Part shown: in pieces, positions 12,926 through 25,388 of the stretch
How positions within the stretch are numbered: position 1 is the stretch's first letter
How the letters are laid out: each line of letters opens with the position of its first letter
Translations under genes and position numbers: made by a program
Assembly: GCF_001194135.2 (NCBI RefSeq)
Contig: NC_068985.1
Coordinates: forward strand, 80,882,061-80,946,060
Length of the DNA: 64,000 bases
From: Octopus bimaculoides
Lineage: Eukaryota
Direction of reading: 5' to 3'
The notes under the pieces: model-generated
What the model saw: the letters and a program-made list of their open reading frames with translations, nothing else
Told to the model about the DNA's origin: nothing
The model's database searches: none

Positions 12926-13189
12926 CCATACTTCCACTCCTGTATACCCCTATATATAGACGTATACATCTTTCTACAAAACTTTATTAGCATTAAAGGA
13001 AAACAACTGATAAAGGCCTGAAAAAAAAAATTAATCAGAGAGTGGTCTATTATCTCTGTCAAGAGTTTCTGGCAATATTTTATTTCCTGTCTGCCTCCTC
13101 TATACGTTTTTGTGTAGATTTCTTTCATCCAATACCAAATATAAAGCACTTCTCCAAGTTAACTGATTACAGTTGTTCAACATCTCCAC

Positions 13190-13388
13190 TGTCGGTTGAC
13201 ACAGTTGTCAATTATGGCACATGACTGTCACTATGTAAACCTGATGATTGTGTAATGCATGACAGTACTATTTTATTTCAATATTGTACAATTGTAAAAA
13301 TTGCAAATAATAAATGTGAAAATCAAACTAAGTTGGAATTTCATTGATTAATATATTGTTCTATACACAATCATACAAACTTGGATAT
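13190..13388 (+). repeat. Unclassified interspersed repeat E (second copy at 51115-51339)
   Basis: Shared cacatgactgtcac...aaacctgatgattgtgtaatgcatga...gaatttcattgattaatatatt...ctatacacaatca(t/c)acaaacttgga. Confidence 0.8.
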
Positions 13389-13403
13389 ATATATATATAT
13401 ATA

Positions 13404-13735
13404 GCATCGCCTTACTGGCACTTGTGCTGGTGGCACGTTAGAAAATCATTTGAGCGAGGTCGTTGTCAGTGCTGCTGGACTGGCTCCTGTGCAGGTGGCA
13501 CATAGAAAACACCATTTTGAGTGTGGCCGTTGCCAGTACTGTGTGATTGGCCCTCGTGCTAGTGGCACATAAAAGCACCCACTACACTCTCAGAATGGTT
13601 GGCTTTAGGAAGGGCATCCAGCTGTAGAAACTCTGCTAGAGCAGATTGGAGCCTGGTGCAGCCATTTGGTTCACCAGTCCTCAGTTAAATCGTCCAGCCC
13701 ATGCTAGCATGGAAAGCGGGCGTTAAACGATAAGA
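13404..13735 (+). mobile_element. RTE LINE 3' UTR fragment between two (TA)n tracts
   Basis: Three gtgc..gtggcac hairpin units, then aagcacccactacactc...ggaagggcatccagctgtagaaac...gttaaacga. Confidence 0.85.
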
Positions 13736-14057
13736 TATATATATATATATANNNNNNNNNNNNNNNNNNNNNNNNNNNNNNNNNNNNNNNNNNNNNNNNN
13801 NNNNNNNNNNNNNNNNNNNNNNNNNNNNNNNNNNNNNNNNNNNNNNNNNNNNNNNNNNNNNNNNNNNNNNNNNNNNNNNNNNNNNNNNNNNNNNNNNNNN
13901 NNNNNNNNNNNNNNNNAGAATAAGGGCAGGGAATCGTCAATTAATAATAGAATTAACAATTAACAATTTTGCCAAGTAGTTCAGTATGAAAAAACCTTTA
14001 TCGGTAAAACCATTTATCATCATAAATATACAGGGATTAGCATTGAGTTGCTATATA

Positions 14058-15410
14058 TACTAGCTGTTGGCCCTCGCGTTGCTCATGTTTTCCATGTTAA
14101 AGTTGTTAAGCCCACCTCTGACCTTGTATTGAAATCTTCTAGGTTCCCTGTGCCAGTTATTACCCATGAAGGTGTTATATCTAGTTCGGCTGGGATTTTA
14201 TCCGGTTAATGCTTTCGACATACTCCTACATACTGGACTGTCTGAAATCGTAGTCAAACTTTTGGTTGTACCTTGACCCATTGAGAGTGATGTTTATTTA
14301 CTTCTCTCACCTTAATGCCACCCTCTGTACAAAATTGATCAGCGTGTCCAATCTCAGCAAACTCCAAAGAAAAGTGTTAAGTTTATGTCTTAAAATAGAA
14401 TCCATGTGACCATTTACATGAAAATATCCCATTGACTGTTAAATCCCAATACATTATATGAATAATCGATATTTCATATGTTGAAGTGCTTAATTTTATT
14501 CATGGGTCAATTTTCTGTAAAATCAGTTCATTATTTTATTCTGAGTGAATTTTGACAATTTCTGTCCTTCACCAGTTTAATTTTAATTTTACTACATGAT
14601 TCTGACCATAAACTTTACCGAAATATCAAATTTCATCAAAATCGGATGAATTCTGGAAAAGGTACGACATAGAATATTAATCCTGTGGGTAATTGCATAC
14701 AAAAAGCCTATTGATTTCTTAAAAACCCCCCGCTCATGTGCAATTAGCAATTTTTTGTCAACTCTTCATGCTGGCATCAACTAATGGACATGAACTGTAA
14801 TCATGTGTAAAGCTTCTACAAGATTGATAAGAATGTCTCTAAGGAAATGCTTATTTGCATTTGTGCCCTTTTAAAGCCCTTTTGAAGTAAATAAGCACCT
14901 TTACCATCACCCCCACCACAAAATTTACCTACATCTCAAATTTCATTAAAATTGGATAAAAAATATAGTTACTGCCAAAATATACAGTTACAGCCAAAAT
15001 ATAAGTTACAGCCCAAAATAAAATCCCTATGGGTATTCGCACACAAAAGTCTATTGATTTTATAAAACAACTGCTCAGGTGCAGTTATCGATTTTTTGTG
15101 AACGCCATATACTGACATCAAATCACTGCCATGAGCTTCGCTCACTCATCGATTTTCATCAAAATTGGGCAAAAAATGCAAAAGCTGCAGGCAAAATAAT
15201 ATCATTATGGTAATTTCCATTCAAACGCCCGATTGAGCTCACAAAAATCAATGCCAACTGAGCATTATCGAGTTTTCGAAAATTTCCAGCCTTATTTGAA
15301 CTTCAGGCTATGTGATCTACCTATGTGCCAAAAATCACAACAGACAGATACCAAACACACACAGACAGACACCATTACACAGTTATTGTTTTGCGGGAGC
15401 AACTGTTTTA
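14058..15410 (+). mobile_element. Helentron/DINE-1-like non-autonomous element
   Basis: Starts actagctgttggccctcgcgttgctc, has repeated aaatttcatcaaaat(c/t)gg blocks, and ends with an acagacag microsatellite. This architecture is typical of HINE/DINE-1-type elements. Confidence 0.55.
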
Positions 15411-15784
15411 TTGAAAGCGTATATTGTTGTTAAATGCTTGAAATATGAGAGTAGAAAAACATCCAACAACTGATGAAGGGTCGTTCTTTATGTTGTTTGT
15501 TTTGTTTTCCATTTGTGTCTTTTGTTGTTCGAAAAAATAGTTCATATTCCATGTACTTGTACTTTGTATTTTTTTGTTGTACTTGTTTCATGACGTCCTG
15601 TGCCCACATATACATATACATATACGTATAGATGTAAGTATGTACATATACGTATGTACATATGCATATACATGTATATTATTTATATTATTATATGATT
15701 GAATGCTATGCATTCTCTTCCAAGTAAGTTTTATATATCTATCTGTCTATCTATCCCTCTCTCTATGTATGTATGTATATATAT

Positions 15785-16003
15785 ACTCTTTACTCTTTTA
15801 CTTGTTTCAGTCATTTGACTGCGACCATGCTGGAGCACCACCTTTAGTCGAGCAAATCGACCCCGGGACTTATTCTTTGTAAGCCTAGTACTTATTGTAT
15901 TGGTCTCTTTTGCCGAACCGCAAAGTGATGTGGTCATAAACACACCAGCATTGTTTGTCAAGCAATGCTAGGGGGACAAACAGAGACACACACACACACA
16001 CAC

Positions 16004-16034
<31 letters not shown>

Positions 16035-16195
16035 CATATATACGACGGGCTTCTTTCAGTTTCCGTCTACCAAATCCACTCACAAGGCTTTGGTCGGCCC
16101 GAGGCTATAGTAGAAGACATTTGCCCAAGATGCCACGCAGTGGGGCTGAACCCGGAACTATGTGGCTGGTAAGCAAGCTACTTACCACACAGCTA
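15785..16195 (-). mobile_element. SINE family A, full length, internal (CA)/(TA)
   Basis: Reverse complement of head and tail with well-preserved sequence. Confidence 0.9.
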
Positions 16196-16498
16196 CTCTT
16201 GTATATTGAGAATGAGTGCTCAACACCACCTTGGTGGATACAGATTCTCCATTTGTGTATTTTAAGCTAGTTTTGGTTTCATGTTAAGAAATATAACAAC
16301 AATTATTGAAGCTGATGCAAAAATTGGTGTTTGTGTTTTTAATCCAAAATGAAGACAAACACCAATTTTTCTATTTGATTGGCTTGAATAATTGTTAAGA
16401 TATTTCTTAACCTGAAACCAATGGTAACCTTAATACACAAATAATGTATAAATATATATATGTGTGTGTGTATGTTGTGTGTGTATGTGTGTGTTGTG

Positions 16499-16533
<35 letters not shown>

Positions 16534-16615
16534 TTGAGGGTTAAAAAAATCCAGATGATTAATATGTTTATAGGAATTGGATGATTTGTAAAAGATTTAA
16601 AAGGACTAGAATTAA

Positions 16616-16833
16616 CCCTTTTGTTACCAGCCTGGCTGAAACTGGCTCTGGCTCTAAGTACAAATGTCTTGATTTCATAAGTTTTGAATTACAATCTTCC
16701 ACCAAACCTTAGTCACAATTTAAGTTCCTAACACTAGCTGAATGATAACTAAGTTATTTAACTAAATTCTTTGTTATATTTAAAGTAATTGAAAGAAACA
16801 CAGCATCTCACAATAAATACAGTAATGAAAGGG
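16616..16833. mobile_element. piggyBac-type MITE
   Basis: TTAA (16612-15) + CCCTTT... ...AAAGGG + TTAA (16834-37). Confidence 0.75.
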
Positions 16834-16954
16834 TTAAACACAATTATTTGGTGATCTGGTGCTCTAACCACTTAGACAACTTTCTACCATCATATATCTG
16901 TCCATCCATCCATCAATCCATTCATCCATCCATCTATATATACATACATACATA

Positions 16955-17335
16955 TTCTTTTACTTGTTTCAGTCATTTGACTGTGGCCATGCTGAAGCAC
17001 CACTTTTAGTTGAACAAATCAACCCCAGGGCTTATTCTTTGTAAGCTTAGAACTTATTCTATGGGTCTCTTTTGCCAAACCACTAAGTTATGGGGACATA
17101 AACACACCAACATTGGTTGTCAAGAGATGGTAGTGGGGACAAACACAGACACACAAATGCATACATACATACATATATATATATTACAGGCTTCTTTCAG
17201 TTTCTGTCTACCAAATCCACTTATAAGGCTTTGGATGACTCAAGGCTGCAGTAGAAGACACTTGTCCAAGGTGCCATGCTGTGGGACTGAATCTGAAACC
17301 ATGTGAATGGGAAGCAAACTTCTTACCATGCATCC
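16955..17335 (-). mobile_element. SINE family A, full length
   Basis: Same head and tail as 15785-16195, with an internal (TACA)/(TA) run. Confidence 0.85.
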
Positions 17336-17408
17336 ACATTTGTGTCATGATACATACATATATGCTAGCTGTCACATCCATGCCAGCATGGATGTTAAAC
17401 AACGATGA

Positions 17409-17442
<34 letters not shown>

Positions 17443-17659
17443 ACATTATATAGGTCATATATAGAGGATATGTAGCGTAGTGGTGTGGATGTCACACTCA
17501 TGATCTCGAGATAGTGGTTTCAATTTCTGGTATGGAAATTTATTTGTCATTTACAACAGATCAGTCTATGATACATTTAATGTATATGCATGTAATTTAC
17601 ACATACACACATAGATATATACATTCACACATGCTTATATATGCTATGGATGTTTGATA

Positions 17660-17975
17660 AAATAAGTGACTTGTGAGGGTTGAACAAGTTATGTATAAAG
17701 ATACAGTAAGCAATGATTTCAGTGATAAATTTAGTATGAAGGCAGGAGTCCATCAAGACTCAGTCTTCAGTTCATTTCTATTCACCATTAGAGAGAAGTT
17801 TGAGGCTGGTTGTCTATGGGAAGTCCTATCTGCTGATGATCATGTTCTCATAGTAGACTCTATAGGGAAATTAGAGAGGAAGTTAAAGGAATGGAAGCTA
17901 AACCTAGAATCAAGAGGCCACAGGGTAAACTTAGCAAAGACTAAGGTTTTAGTAAGTAGGGAAGATGACAGGAGG
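17660..17975 (+). pseudogene. Old RTE RT fragment
   Basis: GVHQDSVFS, LWEVLSADD and GHRVNLAKTKV align to the RT of the copies at 49700-49980 and 63212-63600. Confidence 0.8.
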
Positions 17976-18803
17976 CTGGTTTTTAGATATGAAGTTTATA
18001 TTATTCATGGTTCTAATACCTATGTACAAAAACATTTAATGCTGATAAAAGTTTTACCAACACATTATCGTTAAAATCAGAATTTTTAATTCTAACTACT
18101 AGGTAGAATCCAAGCCAAGTGTAATAAAATCAACTGTATACTCTGCAAATAATTCACACCCTCTTCTTGATTGTACATTCCTACAACCAAACGTACACAC
18201 AACACACACACGCACGCACATATACATACATCCATGCACACACACATACATATATGTACACATACATATACATATGTGCATACATACAGATATACAGACA
18301 CATTTATGCATAACTAGAGAGATATCTCTGTATACAAAAAAATGCAAATGCATATATTGCAGTATTCCTATGTTTGTACACAATTTCCACATTTTCTCAT
18401 AAATTCAAGTAAAATTAACGTCTACCTATGTAATTATCTTCAACAATTGGTACTATTATTTAGACAATTGGTAAGTTATCTCGATCTTAAGTAAGAAATT
18501 TCATTTCATTATTCACAGTACTCGTTTATATACACCAAAAACATTTAATACTGAAATAAGACCTATCAATTCAGTATAATTAAATTTAGAATTTTAAATT
18601 TTATAGCTCATAGAATATTTTACACTTTCCATCGTCATCCAAGCCAATTATTGTTAAGAATAAACTGGTGTAATCTGCAATAAATTTTCTCAGTACTTCC
18701 TTCTGGAACAAACATGCCTACAACTATACATAGACACATAAATATAGGCAAACAAATATATACACAAAATATGCACAAACATCTATACATATTACCATAT
18801 GTG

Positions 18804-18851
<48 letters not shown>

Positions 18852-19578
18852 TACAATTATATGCCTATATCCCTATATTCATATCTTCATACACAAGCTA
18901 TTTTAATATAAAGTCAGCTTAACATTTACCTATATAATTGTCTTTGTCTATATATTCTCACATAAACAACATATAATATTCAATTTGTTTAATGATAGTT
19001 GCATCTCCATAGTTATAAAAAAATGCAAATGGCTATTTATACTTGCTTACAAAATGCTCCAAAATAGAAATACCCCTACATTAGTTGCAGAAGATTAATC
19101 TGTACATTGCATACTAGAATAAAACATAAGCTAAACTGTGTAAAAGTATAAATCACAATATATTCTTTAGCAACTATCATTTATTCAACTTAGATCATAT
19201 TCAACCTCTTTAATCACAAATAAATCACATTAATCAAGTATTAATGAAACTAGCTAACATTTCAATACAAGAAATATTTGACAATAATCAGTTGATGTAA
19301 CCATTAAAGTACATATGTAAAATTATATGCAACTATTTATTTCATTTTGGGGTAAAAGTGTCAAGACATAAATTACAGAGTACTTAGATATTTAGGTCTC
19401 AAAAAAATTTGGACAAAGAAGTATAAGGTACAGAAAAGTCCTAATTGAATGATGATCAGATGAAATGACAAATCAAATATTAAATGCATCCCTTATTAAT
19501 AAATTTGAAAGTAAAGAAAATCATGCAATAAGGGACTCTTTGCATAAAATTAAAAGTATAATAATAATAATAATAATA

Positions 19579-19980
19579 GTTGCTTACTAATCAACTCATC
19601 ATGCCCATTGGATTCCAAGATTGTAAAGAAAGAGGAAGTAATATAAAGCAAAAAAAATGCAATCCCTTAAAATTTGAAATAGGAAGAATTTGGAGCATGA
19701 GAATACTGAAGGTTGTGCCTATAATAATTGGTGTGTTGGGAACAATAAGCAAAATATAGACAAATGGTAGAAGGAGATTGGAATAGAATGCCCAGTAGGG
19801 CTCCTACAGAAAGTTTGTCTCAGAATTGTCAGGAGGGTTTTAAGCACTTGAATAACTGCTGGAAACTTGTGGATACGTAAGGTTGCAGGAAGTAACCAGC
19901 TACTCACATAAATCCTACCAGGAATAAGACTGAATAATCTGAGCCAAACTAAAATAATTAAATAATATTATCAAGTATTG
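19579..19980 (+). mobile_element. R4/Dong-like RLE LINE 3' fragment
   Basis: Translation CLLINSSCPLDSKIVKKEE...PLKFEIGRIW...VVPIIIGVLGTI resembles the C-terminal half of a restriction-like endonuclease domain. Confidence 0.7.
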
Positions 19981-21043
19981 TGTGATGTATTTAGGTTCAA
20001 TAATTAGAGAGGATTCACCTAATTATATAAAAGACGCTAGTTGGTTACTAGAACAAGTACATTAAATAAATTTTATGACGGCATGATGAGATTCTCTCAG
20101 ATTCTCTCCTGTTTAAGAGGGAGCCAGGGAGATCTTTAGAAAACTGTATTTCCAATAGCTCATAGCCATAATAACATTCAAGTATTCTTTCAGTATTTGA
20201 GAAAAAGTATGTGTGGTGATTGTATCTGATTTTAAGTATATTTACATCAAATCATGAAATATTTTTTAGTGTTTTCACCAAGCATTAATAAAATCATTCT
20301 AAGTCAGTTTGATTTAAGAGAGCAAATCTTGAAATTAGTTAAGTTGCAATTATGGGGAATTGCATTTAGTATTTGAGACTCTGTCCCAAAATAACAGAAG
20401 TTTGCAGAGACAGAAAAGAAAAAAAACCTACTGTGTTTGAGAGGAAATATGTGTGTGTGTGTGTGTGTGTATTATACATGCATGTATGTGTATGAACAGA
20501 TGTGTGTGTGTATCATTATCATCATCATTTATCATCCATGTTCTTCAGTAACAGCGAGTGAACCAGGAGAAGCCCAATGCCGAATCCTGTTGGCCACATT
20601 GGTTGTTGAGAGTTGTGGCACAAGAGTTGTACACAGTCAATCCTTTCATCTGGCTAGGTTCAGAGTCCCTTGATCAGGGCTGCCTAGAGTGGGTGCCAGG
20701 CCCATTTGGAGCTGGTGGTGATTGGCAGTGTTCTTCAGCCTGAGAGTCAAATTGCTTGGAAACACAGCCCAAAGCAGGTGGTAAGCTTCATCCAAGGTTA
20801 AATGATACCTTCAAATTTCATTTCGATTACATTTCAAAGTACAGTTTTGATTAACTGGCAGGATTTCAAAATTTTTTTTTTAAATTTCTTGCTTGTGTTT
20901 AATATAACAACATAATGTTTTCAAATATGCTGACTTACACTGTGGAATTTCCACAAGTCCTGCTAGTCTTACTGATTCTACTACTCTCTAAATAACCACA
21001 TCATCCTCCTGGTACATTTTCTTCCTTTCTGAGACAAATCAAT

Positions 21044-21424
21044 GTGGAGGTGCACTGGCCCAGTGGTTAGGGCAGAAGACTCGCGGTCATAGGATCACAG
21101 TTTCGATTCCAAGACCAGGTGTCGTGAGTGTTTATTGAGCGAAAACACCTAAAGCTCCACGAGGCTCCGGCAGGGGATGGTGGCAAATCCTGCTGTACTC
21201 TTTCACCACAACTTTCTCTCACCGTTACTTCCTGTTTCTATTGTGCCTGTAATTCAAAGGGTCAGCTTTGTCACGCTGAATCTCCCCAAGAACTACGCTA
21301 AGGGTACATGTGTCTGTGGAGTGCTCAGCCACTTGCACGTTAATTTCACGAGCAGGCTGTTCCGTTGATCAGATCAACTGGAACCCTCGTCGTCGTAAGT
21401 GACGGAGTGCCAACAACAACAATT
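21044..21424 (+). mobile_element. SINE family C with 10-bp target-site duplication
   Basis: acaaatcaat at 21034-21043 and 21425-21434; A/B boxes; (CAA)n tail. Confidence 0.92.
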
Positions 21425-21859
21425 ACAAATCAATACAAAATGTTAAAATCATGGTCATTTGGGCAAATAATGTTTTTTCTCCTAATCTGCAAGATTGTAG
21501 AAATATCCACTCAACAAGCAAGTACAGCATAGATTAATTCCTGGCTACATTATATTTTTTATAACTAACTAAGATAGTGGTGTGCTTCACAGTCAAGGAT
21601 GATTTGTTATTATCATGTACCATGCTTTTGCTAATTGTTTCAAGTACCCATGTATTTATTCACAAGTAGACACCAGCCCTCTCTTGGTCATCACACTCTT
21701 GATCCACTGTAACTATCAGGAAGTGGAAGCTGCAGAGAGAAAGATGTACCAATACTGAAATTGATATTATAAGATGCAAAGTCATGTTAGTTTTTTTGGT
21801 GCATGGGAATTACTTATGTAATTTCAGTAAAGTTAGTTGCAGACTAATGCAAATTTTGA

Positions 21860-22075
21860 CCCTTTTGCATTCAAATTACTTTCTTAAATACAATGCTTAT
21901 TTATTCACATTGTTTTTCAATTGATCATGCATTATTTCATAGCTTTCAGATTTCAATACTGTAATTGCTTGTTTTGAGAATGACAGGGTACATGTGAGAG
22001 GCCAGATCTGGGCAGTTTGAACATAAAACATGTAAAATATTTTGGGTAGATATGGCTGGTTTAAATGCTAAAGTG
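21860..22075. mobile_element. piggyBac-type MITE (second family, decayed)
   Basis: ttga-cccttttgcattcaaa ... tttaaatgctaaagtg-ttaa. Confidence 0.6.
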
Positions 22076-22408
22076 TTAAACATTTCTAAAACGATTATTT
22101 ACAAATACTTTCAGTTGGAAACAATTTTCATTTGTCAGTACAATATTGTATGATATTTTAATTTGAAAACACTGAATAATACATTTTCTCACAGAAGGAA
22201 TTTGCTCATTTATTCATTTATTCTATTACTAGTTTTATGAACTGCATATGTTTTGGAATGCACTTTCAGCAGTTTAGTCACCCATATTAACTGCAGTACA
22301 TATTTCAGCCTGGTACTTATTTTTACCAATATCTTTTTGTTGAATTGCTAAAAGCACTTCTAATAGCATAAATATATAAACACAGAAACACACTCATACG
22401 AATATATA

Positions 22409-22810
22409 CAGGGGTTGGACAACATAATGGAAACACCTTAAAATTTCAAATAAATTTATTCTAAAATGGGGTAGGACTGCCTTTGCCAGTAATTACAGCT
22501 TGAATTCTATGACGTATGGACTCGTACAAAGTTTGAATTGTTTCCAAAGGAATTTTTCTCCATTCTTCAGCTAGAACAGTCTCCAGTTCTTGTAGTGATG
22601 ATGCTGGAGGATATCGACTCCTTACTTGTTTTTCCAAAATGTACCATAAATGTCCAATAATATTGAGATCTGGGGACTGTGTTGGCCAGATAAGATGTTC
22701 AACTTCACAAGATTGTTCTTCATGCCATTCAGTAACAATTTTAGCTGTGTGAATTGGTGCATTATCATCCTGAAAGATTGTTTCCCTCCGGAAACAGTTC
22801 CACAACTATA
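22409..22810 (-). mobile_element. Tc1 transposon 3' fragment (DD36E spacing)
   Basis: TA + caggggttggacaacataatgg TIR; FQDDNAPIHT...WPTQSPDLNII(G)HLW. Confidence 0.9.
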
Positions 22811-22829
22811 GGATGAATTTGATCAGATA

Positions 22830-23180
22830 TAAAGTGAGCTCACAGCTGTAATCTACACCAGCATCGCATAACCAGCCCACTCAAAAGTACCTTGGTTTGT
22901 AGGGTGACATGCCATGCTTGAGGAGACCTATTGAGTCAAGTAGATCAACATCAATATCAAAATCAAATCAAATCAAATTTCAATCAAATGGAAATTGTAG
23001 TTGTGACCCTAGTGCCGGTGGCAGGAAGAAAAGAACCATCCAAATGTGGCCTATACCAGTGCTGCCTTGACTGACTTCCGTGCTGGTGGCACATAAAAAA
23101 GCACCATCTGATCATGGTCGATGCCAGCTCCTCTGGTCCCTGTGCCAGAGGCACATAAAAAGTACCCACTACACTCACAT
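22830..23180 (+). mobile_element. RTE 3' UTR fragment, truncated at the PLE junction
   Basis: Hairpin units gtgccggtggca / gtgctggtggcac / gtgccagaggcac, ending at cccactacactc. Confidence 0.75.
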
Positions 23181-24910
23181 AAACCATATAGAAATAACCC
23201 CAATAAAACTGGCATGAACAACAATAATGATAAACACAACTATAAAAAGAAATACAATAAGCATAACTATAACTTCATGCACGATACGAACCCTGAGGGC
23301 AGCTTCTATACCAAAAATAATAATAGTAATAATAAACGAGAGGGAGACAAGATCTGGCTTATAATCTTCTTTGCCATGCAACTCAAATTGAACATAGTTC
23401 GCTCCATAATGAGACACATAGATAAACATTTGAACGTAAATAATAAATATGAAGCAATATTTAGGAATAAAATCAGAGTAGGCCATAGCCTGACTAATAA
23501 CTTAGCTACTATCATAGCCTCGATAAATAATAATAAACTGGACACCCTCTATGAAACCAGGAAAATAAGCAACATAAAATAGAACAGCCAACGAGCAAAG
23601 AGAAGAAATCCCACCCCTAAAGATGTGCCTTCAAGCAACACGGACAACGACCCGACTAAAAATAACCCCCCTCAACACAACACCAGCATAGATAGACAGA
23701 ATACTTTATGTGGCTGCAGAGACAGAAATAAGTGCCAATTCTATAATAGGTATAAAACAGAAAATATAGTATACCAATGCGACGCACTCACAAATAACCA
23801 TACAAAATCATATATAGGTGCCACAAAAAACCAAATGATAGTGAGATACAACTCATACCAATCTAGTTTTAGAAATAGAAGTAAAGCAAACTCTACAGCG
23901 CATACTGGCTATATCTGAAAATTAAAGGATAGAAAAAATAATTATAGTTTCAAATGGCACATCCTAGCAATCACCTCGTCTTATAACACTACTAATAGTG
24001 GTGTGATCTCTATTTAACAGAGTGCCTGAATATATTAATGGCTAAACCGCCTCTACTGAATAAAAAAACATGAAGATAACTTTTGTCTGCATATAGGCCA
24101 ATTTGTCTTTTCTAAGTTTCATTAAACCCGCTCTGTCCTGTACATATCACTATCCTAGCCTCTCCCTACTAGTAAACTTACTCACTAGCGCAGTACCTCC
24201 CCTTAACCACTTACACCAACCCAAACTTACATTATAGATACATACACAAAATACCTAACACATATTTTACGTTACCTTACTCCAAATCCGTATCATAAAC
24301 CAATAATTACATAGCTACTCTACATCCTACGCTAGCCTATGTATGCAAAGAATTCTTTTTAACCAAGAACCACCTAAGATACTTACACGCAAACTTTCCC
24401 TTCCCCCCCCCCCTTTTCTCTCCGCATTCTTCATAACAAAATAGTATTACGGCAATGAGTCTCTCTACACGCTAGATCAGACTGACGCTCGTTCCATATT
24501 TTACACCAATATATGGCTTCCTGTAATAATACAACCTATATTTCAATGACACGTGGGTCATTATAATAGCACCGGTTTCCCTAATTAGAGTTAGCTCCCT
24601 TACATCGCACCGCCGGTGAACCCCCAGAAGTCACAGACACGTGCAGGACATGTCACTGTATAACCATGAGACCACAGGTCCAACTAACTTATATTCTTCA
24701 TCCACTTCACAACGGATTTAACAAACTGTGAACCCAACTATAATGCAAGACACTCGAATCTTTTCTCTTCTCTCTACCCCTGACTTCTTCATTCTGACGT
24801 TGCCTACCACCGGCAACGAGGCAAAAATATAATAAATATTTTCCTCACCATGGTAAACAGAAACGATCGTAAACAACTTCACTCTCACTCTCACCTTTAT
24901 TTACTAATTA
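23180..24910 (+). mobile_element. Penelope-like element 3' part (linker + C-terminal GIY-YIG endonuclease + 3' UTR/pLTR), decayed
   Basis: NIVYQC...KSYIGAT...RYNSYQSSFR...YI*KLK...KWHILA, with upstream RHIDKHL...IFRNKIRVGHS. A/C-rich sense strand. Confidence 0.8.
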
Positions 24911-25332
24911 AATAATGCCTTACTAGTGCAAAAGACAGACTTCTGTTTGTTATTTTCCTCCATTTTCTTCTCATCTCTCTCTCTCTCTCTCTCTCCATAT
25001 ATATGTATATATANNNNNNNNNNNNNNNNNNNNNNNNNNNNNNNNNNNNNNNNNNNNNNNNNNNNNNNNNNNNNNNNNNNNNNNNNNNNNNNNNNNNNNN
25101 NNNNNNNNNNNNNNNNNNNNNNNNNNNNNNNNNNNNNNNNNNNNNNNNNNNNNNNNNNNNNNNNNNNNNNNNNNNNNNNNNNNNNNNNNNNNNNNNNNNN
25201 NNNNNNNNNNNNNNNNNNNNNNNNNNNNNNNNNNNNNNNNNNNNNNNNNNNNNNNNNNNNNNNNNNNNNNNNNNNNNNNNNNNNNNNNNNNNNNNNNNTA
25301 TACATATATATGTATATATATATATATACATA

Positions 25333-25387
<55 letters not shown>

Positions 25388-25388
<1 letters not shown>

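Noticed and set aside
15465-15610. caacaa-CTGATGA-aggg as another hammerhead
   Set aside because: No GAAA closing a stem II at a suitable distance; probably a repeat terminus but not supportable as a ribozyme.
23916-23918. In-frame TGA in the GIY-YIG domain as selenocysteine (as in some Naiad PLEs)
   Set aside because: The position corresponds to a Trp (YIWKLK-type motif; TGG>TGA), the ORF has other lesions, and the endonuclease is C-terminal rather than N-terminal.
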